The translations under genes and the position numbers were made by a program. Of a stretch of DNA of 64,000 nt, positions 1 through 11,515 are shown piece by piece (position 1 is the first letter of the stretch; every line of letters begins with the position of its first letter). The DNA is from an uncultured Methanosarcinaceae archaeon (GTDB lineage Archaea; Halobacteriota; Methanosarcinia; Methanosarcinales; Methanosarcinaceae). The stretch spans positions 96,001 to 160,000 of the forward strand of contig CAWHXP010000007.1 of NCBI GenBank assembly GCA_963833425.1, written 5' to 3'. The notes beneath the pieces were generated by a model. The model saw nothing but the letters and a program-made list of their open reading frames with translations. It was not told the origin of the DNA and searched no databases.

Positions 1-1147
1 CTGGACTCCCTAGTTTATCTAGAGCTGCGAGGTTTTCCTCGAGAGATTCAGACACATTATTGAAAAATCTGGACTCATTAATTGATCCAGTGGGACCACC
101 TTCAGCGCTTGCCCCGTTATCAGAAATTACCATGATCAACGTATTCTCAAACTCACCAATATCTTTTAGAAATTGCAACAACCGACCAATGTGGTAATCT
201 GTATGTTCCAGGAATCCAGCAAAGACTTCCATCATACGAGCATAGAGTTTCTTCTCTTCAGGTGAGCATTGGCCCCAGGGCTCGACATCTGGATCATGGC
301 GAGACAGCTCTGTTTCTTTTGGAATTATACCAAGTCCCTTCTGCCGGGCTAATGTCTTCTCCCGGTAAACGTCCCAACCATCATCGAACTTTCCTTTGTA
401 TTTGTCTGCCCATTCTTTAGGAACGTGGTGAGGGGCATGCATAGCTCCTGGACAGAAGTACATAAAAAATGGCTTGCTGGGTGCGACTTGTTTGGAATCA
501 GCAATGAACTGGATAGCCTTATCCACTATATCCTCATTCAATGTGTAACCCTCTTCTGGAGTTTTTGGAGGGTCTATGGGATGATTATCATATATAAGCT
601 CAGGATAATACTGGTTTGTCTCACCTCCTAAAAAACCGTAAAAGCGCTCAAAACCCCGTCCCAAAGGCCATCTGTCATAAGTTCCCGCTGCCGAGATCTG
701 TTCTGCAGGCGTCAGATGCCATTTGCCAATAGCATAAGTGTTGTAACCGTGCTGCAGAAGCATCTCCGACAAAAAGCCATTCTCAAAAGGTATATTGCCG
801 TTATAGCCTGGATAGCCAGTCGAACCCTCGGTGATGCAGGCCATGTTGTTTGAATGATGGTTTCTGCCGGTAAGCATGCATGAGCGACTAGGAGAGCACA
901 GAGCAGTAGTATGCATATTGCTGTAAGCAATACCATCAGCAGCCAAACTATCAAGGTTGGGTGTATGTATAGGGCTACCATAGCACCCTAGTTGTCCAAA
1001 TCCTGTGTCATCCAGCACAATGAACAGTACGTTAGGAGCGCCCTCTTTAGCACGCAGCGGTTTTGGCCAAGCTGGCTCCGACTGATCTTCTGTGCGTCCG
1101 ATTACGCCTGGAAAAGTGGTTCCTGGCTTGTATTCTTTCAATGACAA
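1..1147 (-). CDS. Arylsulfatase (formylglycine-dependent sulfatase), 3' end runs off the window
   Basis: Manual translation from TTG at 1147 (GGAGG RBS upstream): MSLKEYKPG...PNVLFIVLDDTGFGQLGCYGS...TTALCSPSRSCMLTGRNHH...GKWHL...VISDNGAS. Carries the CxPxR sulfatase motif; start and window-edge codons are in the same frame. Absent from the ORF track because it has no stop in the window. Confidence 0.93.
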   Translation of the reverse strand, partial: MSLKEYKPGTTFPGVIGRTEDQSEPAWPKPLRAKEGAPNVLFIVLDDTGFGQLGCYGSPIHTPNLDSLAADGIAYSNMHTTALCSPSRSCMLTGRNHHSNNMACITEGSTGYPGYNGNIPFENGFLSEMLLQHGYNTYAIGKWHLTPAEQISAAGTYDRWPLGRGFERFYGFLGGETNQYYPELIYDNHPIDPPKTPEEGYTLNEDIVDKAIQFIADSKQVAPSKPFFMYFCPGAMHAPHHVPKEWADKYKGKFDDGWDVYREKTLARQKGLGIIPKETELSRHDPDVEPWGQCSPEEKKLYARMMEVFAGFLEHTDYHIGRLLQFLKDIGEFENTLIMVISDNGASAEGGPTGSINESRFFNNVSESLEENLAALDKLGSP

Positions 1148-1274
1148 ATCTATTTCCTCCAATAGTTAGTTGATATTTTTGGAAATTAATTTCTTGCCTG
1201 ATTAATAAATTGAAGAAACAAAATTGTTTCCAGAGAGTTTACTCTCTGGTAGAAACTGATTTGTTTGGTGGGCT

Positions 1275-1763
1275 TTATTCTTCAGCAAAAGCTGCACGCA
1301 TCTTTTCTTCTTCTTCCTTGGATAGGTTGGTAGCAATGATTTCAAACTTGGACTTTTTCATAGCTTCTACTACCCTATCTTCCACGGCATCGCTAGTCAT
1401 AAGAAAGAGAGCTGAAGTTCCTTCAGTCACTTTGCTACGGATAGATTTTATGAAATCTTCATCGATCCCCATATGTTTCATTGAACCCACTACCGCACCT
1501 AACGCAGCCCCAGCTACTAGACCAACCAGAGGAATAAAGAAGAGAATACCAAATAATAACCCCCAAAAAGCACCACTCAGTGCGCCTATGCGAGTTAAAT
1601 TAGTCAAGTGTTTTGTTTTTGGTTTAGTTTTCCCCTCAGGCCATGTGACTATAGCTGCATCGTGTAGTTTTATCATTTGTTGTTTACTTAAGTCCTCAAT
1701 CACTTCAAGTTCATTTTCTGCACCATCAGCGTTGTCAAACTTAAGAACTGTTAAAGTTGTCAT
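1275..1763 (-). CDS. DUF1269-family membrane protein
   Basis: LHDAAIVTWPEGKTKPKT...GALSGAFWGLLFGILFFIPLVGLVAGAALGA...GIDEDFIKSIRSKVTEGTSALF pattern; GGAGA RBS upstream. Confidence 0.85.
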   Translation of the reverse strand: MTTLTVLKFDNADGAENELEVIEDLSKQQMIKLHDAAIVTWPEGKTKPKTKHLTNLTRIGALSGAFWGLLFGILFFIPLVGLVAGAALGAVVGSMKHMGIDEDFIKSIRSKVTEGTSALFLMTSDAVEDRVVEAMKKSKFEIIATNLSKEEEEKMRAAFAEE

Positions 1764-2201
1764 TAATCAATCTCCTTTTCTGCGTTCATATTTACTTCTC
1801 AGCTCATTGTGCTAGCTACCTATCAAAAAGAAAATCTTTTTGCAATCTTCAATCTGAGAGCTGCTAAATGTAGAAAGGGCAGAATAAATATACTTATCAG
1901 CTGGTAATATAGATTACTTACTCTTCAGCTAGGTTTATCAACAAGGTTGTTATCCGTTGATTAGAAGATCCAGTAATAATTCTAATACTTTTTACAATTT
2001 CATTGTGCATTCTCTCTCTCAGAATCTCCTCTATAACCGTGACTTAGGACTTTACCATAGGCTTCTAATACGTTCTGTTCTCGTGAATCAAACTTAAAGA
2101 AATTTACGCGACAAAGCTATTGTTTTCGATAATATCGATTTATAACTTTGTGGTTCTTATCTGACACTTTATATTTACATTAATTTTATCGTTTGCAATC
2201 T

Positions 2202-2584
2202 TTATTCGATTGTTAAGATTTGTATTTTTAAAGTAGGATATCCTTCATAAAAATTGTCACATAACACAGTTACAGTGGGACTTTTACCCCGTTGTCTCAT
2301 GTTTTTATCATCCCACATTTTTCTAACTCATCCAATGCTTTAGGAAAAGACCAACCAGGGATAGGTAGAAATGAGTTTATACCCTTCAGGGTGACTACTA
2401 AATCATTAGATTTCTTCACACCTTTTAAATGCCAAATATACATAGCTACCCTGTATGTATGCCCCACTGAATTAGAAGGTAACTTTATAATCCACTCTGC
2501 AGGCATTTGGGATATGAAAGATCCTTTTATTTTCTCTTTAGGATTCACCAACATTATCTTACTCCCATTTAATATCATTATCAA
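2202..2584 (-). pseudogene. Frameshifted small winged-HTH-like protein, possibly mobile-element derived
   Basis: ORF 2297-2584 ends ...KALDELEKCGMIKT*. A second frame continues RQRGKSPTVTVL..., together giving a wHTH-like helix plus wing. Confidence 0.4.
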
Positions 2585-2830
2585 ATATTAAGAAGAAATA
2601 AAGAAGATATATTAAAGAAATATAAGTAGTAAAACCGATATCATGAGACTACAGAATCTAGCTGTATAGCGAATTAATTTTAGCTGCGGGGCGAAATATA
2701 TTTTGCCGTGCAGCCAATTAATATTGCTCTACAGCTAAATTGGAATTTGGCTCTGCAACTAAATCGAAAAGTCTACCTAGGGTCTTTGAGCCTCATTTAT
2801 GATGGTTTTACTTCTTGTTTTACCTCTTTG

Positions 2831-3680
2831 GGTTCCGTTGCAAAAAATCCTTTCTAATAATACAATAGAATAAAAAAAATCAAAGATAGCAACTGCTATC
2901 TAATTCCTTTAAATGGAAGCATTATGAAGGAGAAATTATCCTATTGAATGTAAGATGGTACTTAAAATATGCATTAAGTTATAGAAATTTAAAGGAAATG
3001 ATGATAGAAAGAGGAATTCAAGTTGATCACAGTACTATAATGAGACGGGTACATCAATATTCCCCTGAAATAGAAAAAAAAATAAGAAGATATTTAAGAC
3101 CAACAAATGATTCGTGGAGAGTTGATGAAACCTATATCAAAGTAAAAGGTAAATGGAAATATTTTTACCGAGCAGTTGACTCAAATGGAGATACAATTGA
3201 CTTCATGTTAAGTTCAAAACGAAACCGAAAAGCTGCGAAGAGATTTTTTAAAAAAGCTTTAAGTTCTAATCATAATCAAACTCCAAGAGTAATAACCGTT
3301 GATAAAATCCAGCTTATCCACCTGCTATAGATAAACTAAAAATTGATAAAATACTATCTAAAAACGTAGGCATTCGACAAATCAAGTATTTGAATAACAT
3401 TATAGAACAAGATCATAGATCTATAAAGCGAATCGTTAATCCAATGTTAGGATTTCAGTCTTTTAGATCTGCTAGTAAGACTTTAAAAGGAATTGAAGCT
3501 ATAAATATGATCAAAAAAGGACAAGTAATCGATCTAAATTACTCTGTTCTTAATGAAGTCAAATACATTAATCAATTATTTGGTATAGTTTTATAATGTT
3601 AGTATATTTTCCTTGAATATTTTGACTTTTATTAATTACTTATAGATTTACATATTTTTTTGAAGTTTTTGCAACGAACC
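2831..3680 (+). mobile_element. IS6-family insertion sequence with frameshifted transposase
   Basis: Terminal inverted repeats GGTTCCGTTGCAAAA (2831) and TTTTGCAACGAACC (to 3680). Transposase motifs FKWKHY, WRVDETYIKVKGKW, NNIIEQDHR. Frameshift near 3306 where DKNPAY would be expected. Confidence 0.95.
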
Positions 3681-3686
3681 GTAAAT

Positions 3687-4034
3687 CTAATTAAGGTATC
3701 CTTTTCTTTCGAGCCACTCAACCTGCGGTCTTGTATATTTCCATGTGATGTCGGCTTTTGAATCTTGAATTTCCCAGGGGTTTGCTATGACAATATCACC
3801 TTCACGAACCCACATTTTTTTATGCTTGGAACCGGGAATTCTTCCCATTCGGACCACCCCGTCCATACATTGCAGTGTGACTCTTTTTGATCCAAGTAAA
3901 CTTGCTACAGTTGCCAATACCTCGTTTTTGTCCTTTCGAGGGGTTCGTACTCTTGTTACTTCAGTGGCATCTTCTGAACTTACTGGATTGGATCCTGCTT
4001 TTCTTTTTCTGATGGTGCTTCTATAATTAGCCAA
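3687..4034 (-). CDS. eif1a: Translation initiation factor aIF-1A
   Basis: VRTPR...[63 protein letters not shown]. Confidence 0.95.
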   Translation of the reverse strand: MANYRSTIRKRKAGSNPVSSEDATEVTRVRTPRKDKNEVLATVASLLGSKRVTLQCMDGVVRMGRIPGSKHKKMWVREGDIVIANPWEIQDSKADITWKYTRPQVEWLERKGYLN

Positions 4035-5051
4035 ATCAAGTCATCCTTTGCTTGTTTTTCTCAATAGATTTAAGATTTGATGAACTTTTCTACTCTCTCA
4101 TTCTCAACGAGTTGTTTTTATCATTAATTTGTTTAGATTGAAGGATAAAATGCAGGAACAGAAGACCAAAAACAAAGATGACAAGAAACAAAAAGTGAAA
4201 ATAAATCAAGTGTTAATCTAAACAAAGTAATAGAAAGTATTTCGATAAATCTATGAATTTTACGAGTCATTTGTATACCGTTTATATGCACATAACTAGT
4301 GCAATGATTTATCAAAATTCGATAAATTTCAAATTATTAAATGCAAATCCGAAATGCTGTGGTTAGTTTCGCTTCCGCTTTAAAGGGAAATGATAAATTA
4401 AAAATAAGATTGTATAAAATTATTATTTAAAAACAAAAATGAGTTTTCAATAACAGTTATACTTCTCTTTATTTTCAACGTATTAAAATGTATTTTTAAT
4501 TATATAAAATTTTCTCTGGAAAATTATATTTCCAATCTGCTGTTGTTCCGGAAGCCTACTCCTGTTCATTTCCAATTTTTCTCGATGTTCACAAAAAAAA
4601 CTTCAGTATACACGTATGATTCCCATTTTTTGTAATTGCCTCTAGAAATTCAACATTTTAAATTTAAAGTTAAAATTGTGCATATTCTTCACTAAAATAT
4701 TTTAGAATTCTGTAAAAAAATATATTTTTGAGATTACATATTTAATCGAGCTTTGTGCTAGATTTCTTTCTCTATTGAATTTCCTTAATTGCTTAAATAG
4801 TAAATTTATTGGAATATTGGATATGATGATTGTATTCTAAAATATAGAGGCCTTGCAAAGTATGATTTGGAATGGTTTTGTATTTTAAGATCATCTTATG
4901 CAATGTCCAGTTTTCTATATTTATCTCGTTCTATATTCATAAGATATCGCGCGAATGATAAGTCTAGTTTGTCTATTAAATCTCCTTTTCTATCTGTTGT
5001 TCATTTATTATTCCAGCTAATAGTAGTGTACGACGTTTCTCTACCAGACTT

Positions 5052-6029
5052 TTAAGGATAATTTACATTTACTCCGAGAATTTCTTTCTTTCCGCCAAAA
5101 ACATCTCTTGCTATCTCGGCACAGCCTATAGCAGCATGCCACCTCCCTAAACACAAGCATTCATGTCCTAGGTGTCTATTTATTTTCTTTTGTACATATT
5201 CTACTTCTGCTATATAGCCTGCAAGGAAGATCTCATCGATTGTTCCATAATCTTTGAGAAAGAGTCGCATTGACGCTATTTCCATAGCTGCAAACAGAGC
5301 TACAGTATCTAGAGCAAGGATAGCCAAACTTTCCCCTTTTTTGGCTGCAATGAGTAATTCTTCACGATTTTCAAATGGGGTCATCTTCAGAACACCCGCC
5401 TCAATAAAAGCTTGGTTTGCCGTCTGGAGCCCGCAGTCTACGTTTCTGATTGCTTGCAGGTCAAGAGGACCTTGATAAATTCCGGGAGCAAATATACAAG
5501 CATCGATTGCACCAATTACTTTTCCTGCAGCAATGGCAACTGTAACAGTATTTGAGCTAATATCCGAAACTACGAAATTCTTATAGCCAAGACATAGAAT
5601 ATGATAAGCAATCCCAAGTTTTTCTGGACTTGTTAGGTGAGAAAAAACTTTCATACGAGGATCCACTTTACTTGCTGTATGGAGACCAGGGATTGCTACT
5701 GCAGGAATCTTTGAGTAACGGATAGCATCAAAAACTTTTGTACCTCCCCCTATCTTTTTCCCTGCTCCTTCTATACTCTTGATTCCTCTTCCTTTTAAGT
5801 TCCTTACGTCCACAATTGTGGAAAAATCATCTCCCATTGAGTAGGTCAGCGCGACCAGATCAATAAATCTGCGCTGAATTTTAAAGTTATCTTCAACAGA
5901 TGTTAGTATCTCATTTTCGGACATATAAGCTGCTTTAGCTCTTTCAAGTTCAAAGGTCAGAACCCTGTCTTCTTCTATCAGAGCAAAACGTATGGCTGTC
6001 GTTCCATGATCAATTCCTATAAACGCCAA
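5052..6029 (-). CDS. Methanogenesis marker 12 protein (UPF0285-like)
   Basis: N-terminal FIGIDHGTTAIRF, TYSMGD, SIEGAGKKIGGGT, SPEKLGIAY, SDISSNTVT, GPLDL motifs. Confidence 0.9.
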   Translation of the reverse strand: MAFIGIDHGTTAIRFALIEEDRVLTFELERAKAAYMSENEILTSVEDNFKIQRRFIDLVALTYSMGDDFSTIVDVRNLKGRGIKSIEGAGKKIGGGTKVFDAIRYSKIPAVAIPGLHTASKVDPRMKVFSHLTSPEKLGIAYHILCLGYKNFVVSDISSNTVTVAIAAGKVIGAIDACIFAPGIYQGPLDLQAIRNVDCGLQTANQAFIEAGVLKMTPFENREELLIAAKKGESLAILALDTVALFAAMEIASMRLFLKDYGTIDEIFLAGYIAEVEYVQKKINRHLGHECLCLGRWHAAIGCAEIARDVFGGKKEILGVNVNYP

Positions 6030-6052
6030 TTAGCGATCTCTCCTTTATTTTC

Positions 6053-6406
6053 TTAGAGGGATGTCCTTAAGTTCTCATTCAATTCTTTCATGATTCTGTC
6101 TCCCTCTTCAGTGGTTCCAACTGTTGTTACAATCCGCACTTTCTGGTAACTACTGCCTTTAGAGATCAATAGTCTCAAATTACCTCTAACATCCGAACGC
6201 AAAATTTTTCCAGTAAGACTTCCTCCTGGGACACCTTTTACGGAAATTACGGATGGAATTACCTTTTTTATCTCAGGGTGCTGGCTAACTAGTTTTACGA
6301 GTTTTTTTCCAGCTCTTCCCCCGATGATAGTAGTATGAACTCCACCAAGTTTATTTTTTGGGGAATTTTGTGCCTGTTCTCGCAAACCGCTTTTATTTTT
6401 AGTCAT
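6053..6406 (-). CDS. DUF2103-family protein
   Basis: KLGGVHTTIIGGRAG...IKKVIPSVI...GNLRLLISKGSSYQKVRIVTT. Confidence 0.8.
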   Translation of the reverse strand: MTKNKSGLREQAQNSPKNKLGGVHTTIIGGRAGKKLVKLVSQHPEIKKVIPSVISVKGVPGGSLTGKILRSDVRGNLRLLISKGSSYQKVRIVTTVGTTEEGDRIMKELNENLRTSL

Positions 6407-6618
6407 TTGTAGCCAACCAGGATTGTCAAGGTAATTTTCCAGTTTTTTTATTTTTATTCTGTATACCTATAGTGGTGCCAGATGCCCAGGAAAGGAGACA
6501 TTTTATCAATTTTTGGCTTTTTGATTTATTTGAGTTGTAGAATTGTTTAAAATAATGATTATTTTTTGCGATTCAATACGATATTAAAAAATATCCAGGA
6601 AAGTTTTTTTCAGCTTTA

Positions 6619-7755
6619 GAACATTCCGATTTACTTATATTTTTCTCCGCATGAATCCGGCCTAAATCTTTCGCGCTAATTTTCTGTGTTTGACTCGATT
6701 TTTTTATCTGGCTTTTTATTCTTTGATTTTCAACGCTAGTCCCCGATATCCTTAAAATACTCCTTTTATTTTTAATGTCATAAAATGATAGATATTATGA
6801 CAAAAAGCTGTACACACCATCTTTAGATCCACTTTTTGAACATTAGCGACAAAAACTTTTCCTGCTTTGAATATTTATAGCTACTGAATAAATTCATTCC
6901 CCTAAAGCTTTTTTCAAGATATTCTCTTGTTTCATAATATACCACTCCTTCCCAAATGATACTCTTTTAGTGCTCTTTTCATCATTGTATCATAACCTTT
7001 TGATTTCGCTTTTAGCATCTTTTGTCTCTGTAAACCTTTCATTTTTTTCGGATAAATTTACCTTTGAACCATGACATGATTTAGTTGTTATTTTGAATCT
7101 TCTGATTAGCTCATAATCCCGGACTATTATGCTATGAAGTTTGTATCTAAAGTGTGGATTATCACGTTTTTAGTCCAGGCTCCTTCTCTTCTTCTCTTGT
7201 TTTCGCTTCATTTACTCGAGGTTTATCCGATTTTTCATATACAGGATCTGAATCGATAAAGTAGAGTTCTGAATTAATACCTTTTTTATTTTCAAAACAA
7301 GGTACTTAAATTGACTTTTTAGCTGCCCCCATATTTCTTTTTCTTTGCATTTATCAATAATTCTCTTTCTGAATGGCCAAACTGTAATACCGTCTAGTAT
7401 GTATTCAGGGAAATCAAGAAATTTCTCTAAAAAAATTCAATCAATAATTTGTTTCTTAAGTGCAAAGTCGGAAAGACAACGCAATTGCTGTAAAAAAAGT
7501 ATTTTAGACATAATAATTGTGTCATTTCCATATCCGCCTAACAAAACTATTTTGTTACAAATGTATGAAATCAAATTGATATGAAAAAATTTCAATCAAT
7601 TAATTAATCAATTTCATCAAGTTTGTCTTCACCTGACTAAAGACATTTATATTTTTCTTTAAGAGCAAAATTAGTCAGAGTTTTCATGAGAACAAATCAA
7701 TATTAAGAGATTTAAACTACCCAATAATCAAGCATAAAAGTTTATCAAGATACAG
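6619..7755 (-). mobile_element. Decayed IS5-family element, copy A
   Basis: Reverse complement of 12375-13511; homologous to the element at 56980-58086 (shared TTTTGCTCTTAAA, GATTATGAGCT and related tracts). No intact transposase ORF; TA on both sides. Confidence 0.85.
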
Positions 7756-7831
7756 TACCTGAATTCTGGATCACTCCCTAGTTCTTTCTTCAAACAACTT
7801 TTTTCCTGAAAATCCAGTTTCTCATCTAAAA

Positions 7832-8320
7832 TTAAATTTTTTCAAGTTCCTTCACATCTATAAGTTTGATATTTTTTTCTTCAAGTGTTTTTATCGCTGC
7901 GTCTATATCGCTAACTCTGACTATCAGTAGGGCTTTCTGATTCCTGGTCACAAAAGCATAAGCATATTCAAGATTTATTTTAGCTTCACCAAACACTTCT
8001 GCAATATGAGACATGCTCCCAGGTAGATCTTTCATTTCAATCCCCAGCACATTTGTTTCGGAAACGGTAAATCCAGAAGCATGAAGAACATTATAAGCAT
8101 ACTCAGAATTGTCCACAACCATACGGATTATTCCGAAGTCACCTGATTCAGCAATAGTAAATGCTTTTATATTTATCCCAGCGCTTTTTAACTTATTTGC
8201 TACGTTTGCGAGTCTACCAGGTTTGTTTTCCGCAAAAAGGGAAATCTGTTTTAGAATCTTATGTTTTGTGCCAGTATCCATGTCTTTGGGTCCCCTGTCT
8301 TTTTTCTGCTCTTTTTTCAT
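7832..8320 (-). CDS. ACT-domain protein (two ACT repeats), typical neighbour of phenylacetate-CoA ligase genes
   Basis: KQISLFAENKPGRLA...GINIKAFTIAESGDFGIIRMVVD...DLPGSMSHI...INLEYAYAF. True start may be the ATG at 8281. Confidence 0.9.
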   Translation of the reverse strand: MKKEQKKDRGPKDMDTGTKHKILKQISLFAENKPGRLANVANKLKSAGINIKAFTIAESGDFGIIRMVVDNSEYAYNVLHASGFTVSETNVLGIEMKDLPGSMSHIAEVFGEAKINLEYAYAFVTRNQKALLIVRVSDIDAAIKTLEEKNIKLIDVKELEKI

Positions 8321-8649
8321 CCTTTAAATCTTTTTTTCAGAATATAATATCAACTTTTTTATACTTTAAGTTTACATTATATACTCTGTGAATGAATGCA
8401 TATGTAGAATTCTTTCGGCTATTTATCCATCATTATTTATTGAAAATTGGATTAATTTTTAAGTTCTGCCATATTGTGAAAATAAGTCCCATTCTTGTGT
8501 ACATCTATGGCGATTTATTTGTATTATTTACGGCTTAACTTTGTCTCGACCTCTTTATTCGAATAGAACTCTAAAATAGATCAAATTCAAAAAAGAAGAA
8601 TTTGAATTAGTGGGGCATTCAGCAAGTTTTATGTGTACGCAATACGTAT

Positions 8650-9963
8650 TCACACAATTCCAATCTTCCGCTTATCAATGACTTTTTTTGATTTTCCTTC
8701 TGAACGAGGCAAGGAACCAGATTCAATTAGTTCCACCTCGACCGCAAGATTAAGTGCACTTTTCAACGCCCCCGCGATTTTCTTTTTAAGAGTCATCATA
8801 TCTGACATGCGGTCACTAAAGGCAGACTCATGCATCTCTATTTGAACTTTGATGGAATCCAGAGGTCCGATCCTGTCTACAATTATCATGAAATGGTTCC
8901 CAACTTCAGGTATTTCCATAATGGCCGATTCGACCTGTCCAGGGAATACGTTAATTCCACGAACGATAATCATGTCGTCCGAACGTCCGCTTATGCGTGT
9001 AATCCTTGGATGGGTTCTTCCGCATCTGCAGGATTCTGAAAGCTTTCGAGTAAGATCTTTTACTTTGTAGCGAATAAGTGGTAGTGCTTCTTTAGTAAGC
9101 GTTGTTATTACGAGTTCTCCGTTTTCTCCATCAGGCACAGGCTCTTCGGTATCAGGGTTCAGGATCTCAACCAAAAATTTATCCGACCAAATATGAATTC
9201 CACACTGCTCCGCACATTCAGTAAAAAGCGGGCCACTCATTTCCGAAGTCCCATAAATATCATAAGCCTTAATCCCTGATTCATCTTCTATCCGTTTCTT
9301 GAGTTCCTCGGACCAGGGTTCTGCTCCGAAAAACCCCATTTTTAACTTCGTATCGTTCCTGACACTTATGCCTAAATTCTTTGCGGTTTCGATCAAATAT
9401 AAAAAGTAAGAAGGTGTGCAGGCTATGATAGTTGTTCCAAGGTCTCTCATCAGGTCAAGTTGGCGTTCAGTATTTCCAGAGCTTGTGGGTAGTACTGTTG
9501 CACCAATTTTTTCACTTCCGTAGTGAGCACCGAGTCCACCTGTGAAAAGCCCGTATCCGTAACTTACTTGAAGGATATCGTTTTTTCCCACACCAACAGA
9601 GGTAAATCCTCGTGCAAGGGATTCAGCCCATTCTTCAATATCTTTTTGTGTGTATCCTACTACTATTTGTTTCCCTGTCGTACCCGAAGAAGCGTGGAAG
9701 CGGACAAGTTTCGAGTTAGGGACGCAAAACATGCCTGTTGGATAGTTGTCTCTTAGATCCGTCTTAAATGTGAAGGGTAACTTTCTGACATCTTCAAGCG
9801 TTTGGACGTCTTCAGGCTTAATCCCATGTTCTTCAAATCTTTTTCTGTAGAAATGAGAGTGGTCATACACATAATGTACGAGTTCTTTCAACTTCCTTTC
9901 CTGTAGTTTTTTCAGATTCTCTACAGGCATCGTCTCGATTTCAGGATCCCAGTATTTTGGCAT
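8650..9963 (-). CDS. paaK: Phenylacetate-CoA ligase family protein
   Basis: HASSGTTGK, YGYGLFTGGLGAHYG, GAEPWS, DIYGTSE, PLIRY, GRSDDMIIVRGINVFP. Start placed at MPKYW (ATG 9963). Confidence 0.93.
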   Translation of the reverse strand: MPKYWDPEIETMPVENLKKLQERKLKELVHYVYDHSHFYRKRFEEHGIKPEDVQTLEDVRKLPFTFKTDLRDNYPTGMFCVPNSKLVRFHASSGTTGKQIVVGYTQKDIEEWAESLARGFTSVGVGKNDILQVSYGYGLFTGGLGAHYGSEKIGATVLPTSSGNTERQLDLMRDLGTTIIACTPSYFLYLIETAKNLGISVRNDTKLKMGFFGAEPWSEELKKRIEDESGIKAYDIYGTSEMSGPLFTECAEQCGIHIWSDKFLVEILNPDTEEPVPDGENGELVITTLTKEALPLIRYKVKDLTRKLSESCRCGRTHPRITRISGRSDDMIIVRGINVFPGQVESAIMEIPEVGNHFMIIVDRIGPLDSIKVQIEMHESAFSDRMSDMMTLKKKIAGALKSALNLAVEVELIESGSLPRSEGKSKKVIDKRKIGIV

Positions 9964-10507
9964 TTTTTCACACTCTGAATGTCTCCTATTGAGAGCTTTG
10001 TGCTGAGTTACCAAAACCATAAACTCAGAAATATCTTTACATTTTTTTTCAAAAAATTGGTAAGTGCATATTCATCATATTTAATCAATTACTCCCCGTA
10101 TGAATTATTTGAGATTTACTCGCTTTTGAGCGATGCTCATCCCGGAATAAATTTATTCTTGGCTGGTATGGATTTTCGGCAAATGTGCCATAAGATTAAG
10201 CTTAATTCACTTCTAAATAATGTAGTTGTTAGGTCCAAAGGGCAGTTTTAGATAGATTGAAAATTTTTCGGATGAGAGCCAAAAATTATCTGATTAAATA
10301 TTAAGATACATTTTCAAATATGACACAATTTTATTTCTAATAATTATTACAAACAACTGAAAATACTTCTAAGCTATCTTGACTTTTATGTCAAATACCA
10401 ATGTAAATCTACTCGATTGCCCTTTAATTATGGCATTATCAGCAATTTGTTGAGGTACTAAGCAATGTTAGGATTATAAAATATTAAGTTAATTGTTTCA
10501 AAAAAAA

Positions 10508-11515
10508 TCATTCATCTCCAACTTCTTCTAGTTCATCTCCAATAAATGAATCTTTTGACGTTGCTCCAAGTGAAGCTTCAAGAATCTTCTTTGTTCGTTC
10601 TTTGCATTTTTTCAACACTTCTTTCATATCTGCAATGACATCGATTCCTGCAGCTCCTGAATGTCCACCACCGGTGCCGTTATATTCGTTGCTAATATCT
10701 TCCATTAACTGTCCAAGATTAACTCCTGCATTAACAGCTTCACGTTTTGCCCTAGAACTTATCCGGACGTTTTCACCTTTGGCTGTGCCAACAAAAGCGA
10801 TATCTGCACCGATATTTATGAGCATGGAAGATGCTGAGCCTCCGAAAGAACTAACATGTGAAGATGCAATTAGCATATCCTGCACTCTATCAAGTTCAAC
10901 ACGACTAGCTGCTTTCAGGATGGCAATACGCATAGATATATCCTGTGGGGTAACAGCCATAAGGTCCAGCACTTCTCCATACTCAACGCCGCTTGCCTTT
11001 ATAATTTTTGCTACTGTGCTGAATGTGTATTCTGAAGCATGTTTGAAATGTCCGGTATCTGTTACTATCCCTGTAAGCATCCCGATTCCCACGCGTCTGT
11101 TAATCGGTGCTCCCATTGCTTTCAAAATATCGTAAACTATTTCTACAGTTGATGTAGTGTTCCTGTGTAGGTAGAAGTCGGCATTTTCTGTCAGAGCAGT
11201 CGTTGTATGGTGATCGATGACGCAATAACTGCTAAGCTCTATATCATTCAATTGTGCTTTTGTCGAAGTGTCAACTACGACAACAAAACCGTAATTTTCA
11301 GGATTTGGTTTATCCACTACTTCTATTCCAAGTCTTTCTATCAGTACCGATGCTACACGGTTACAGCCATCTACAAGGCCGACAGTGCCCCCAATAGCTT
11401 CAGAAAGAGCAAAAGCACTGCTAATAGCATCCGGATCCGCATTCCGGTGACACAAATATAAAATATTCCGATAGTCAAGGAGCCGATTAAAAAACTCCTC
11501 TTCATTAACTTGCAT
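10508..11515 (-). CDS. DHH/DHHA1-family phosphoesterase
   Basis: CHRNADPDAISS, VVVDT, IDHH, GIVTDTGHF, GGGHSGAAG motifs. Confidence 0.93.
   Translation of the reverse strand: MQVNEEEFFNRLLDYRNILYLCHRNADPDAISSAFALSEAIGGTVGLVDGCNRVASVLIERLGIEVVDKPNPENYGFVVVVDTSTKAQLNDIELSSYCVIDHHTTTALTENADFYLHRNTTSTVEIVYDILKAMGAPINRRVGIGMLTGIVTDTGHFKHASEYTFSTVAKIIKASGVEYGEVLDLMAVTPQDISMRIAILKAASRVELDRVQDMLIASSHVSSFGGSASSMLINIGADIAFVGTAKGENVRISSRAKREAVNAGVNLGQLMEDISNEYNGTGGGHSGAAGIDVIADMKEVLKKCKERTKKILEASLGATSKDSFIGDELEEVGDE

Noticed and set aside
425..981. ORFs 425-631 and 712-981
   Set aside because: Alternative frames within the sulfatase gene.
1210..1815. 201-aa plus-strand ORF
   Set aside because: Antisense to the DUF1269 gene; the same applies to other shadow ORFs such as 10602-11135, 29696-30154 and 50717-51130.
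7345..7584. Duplicated 79-aa ORF (also 12546-12785)
   Set aside because: Antisense to the dead IS5 transposase; duplicated only because the element is.
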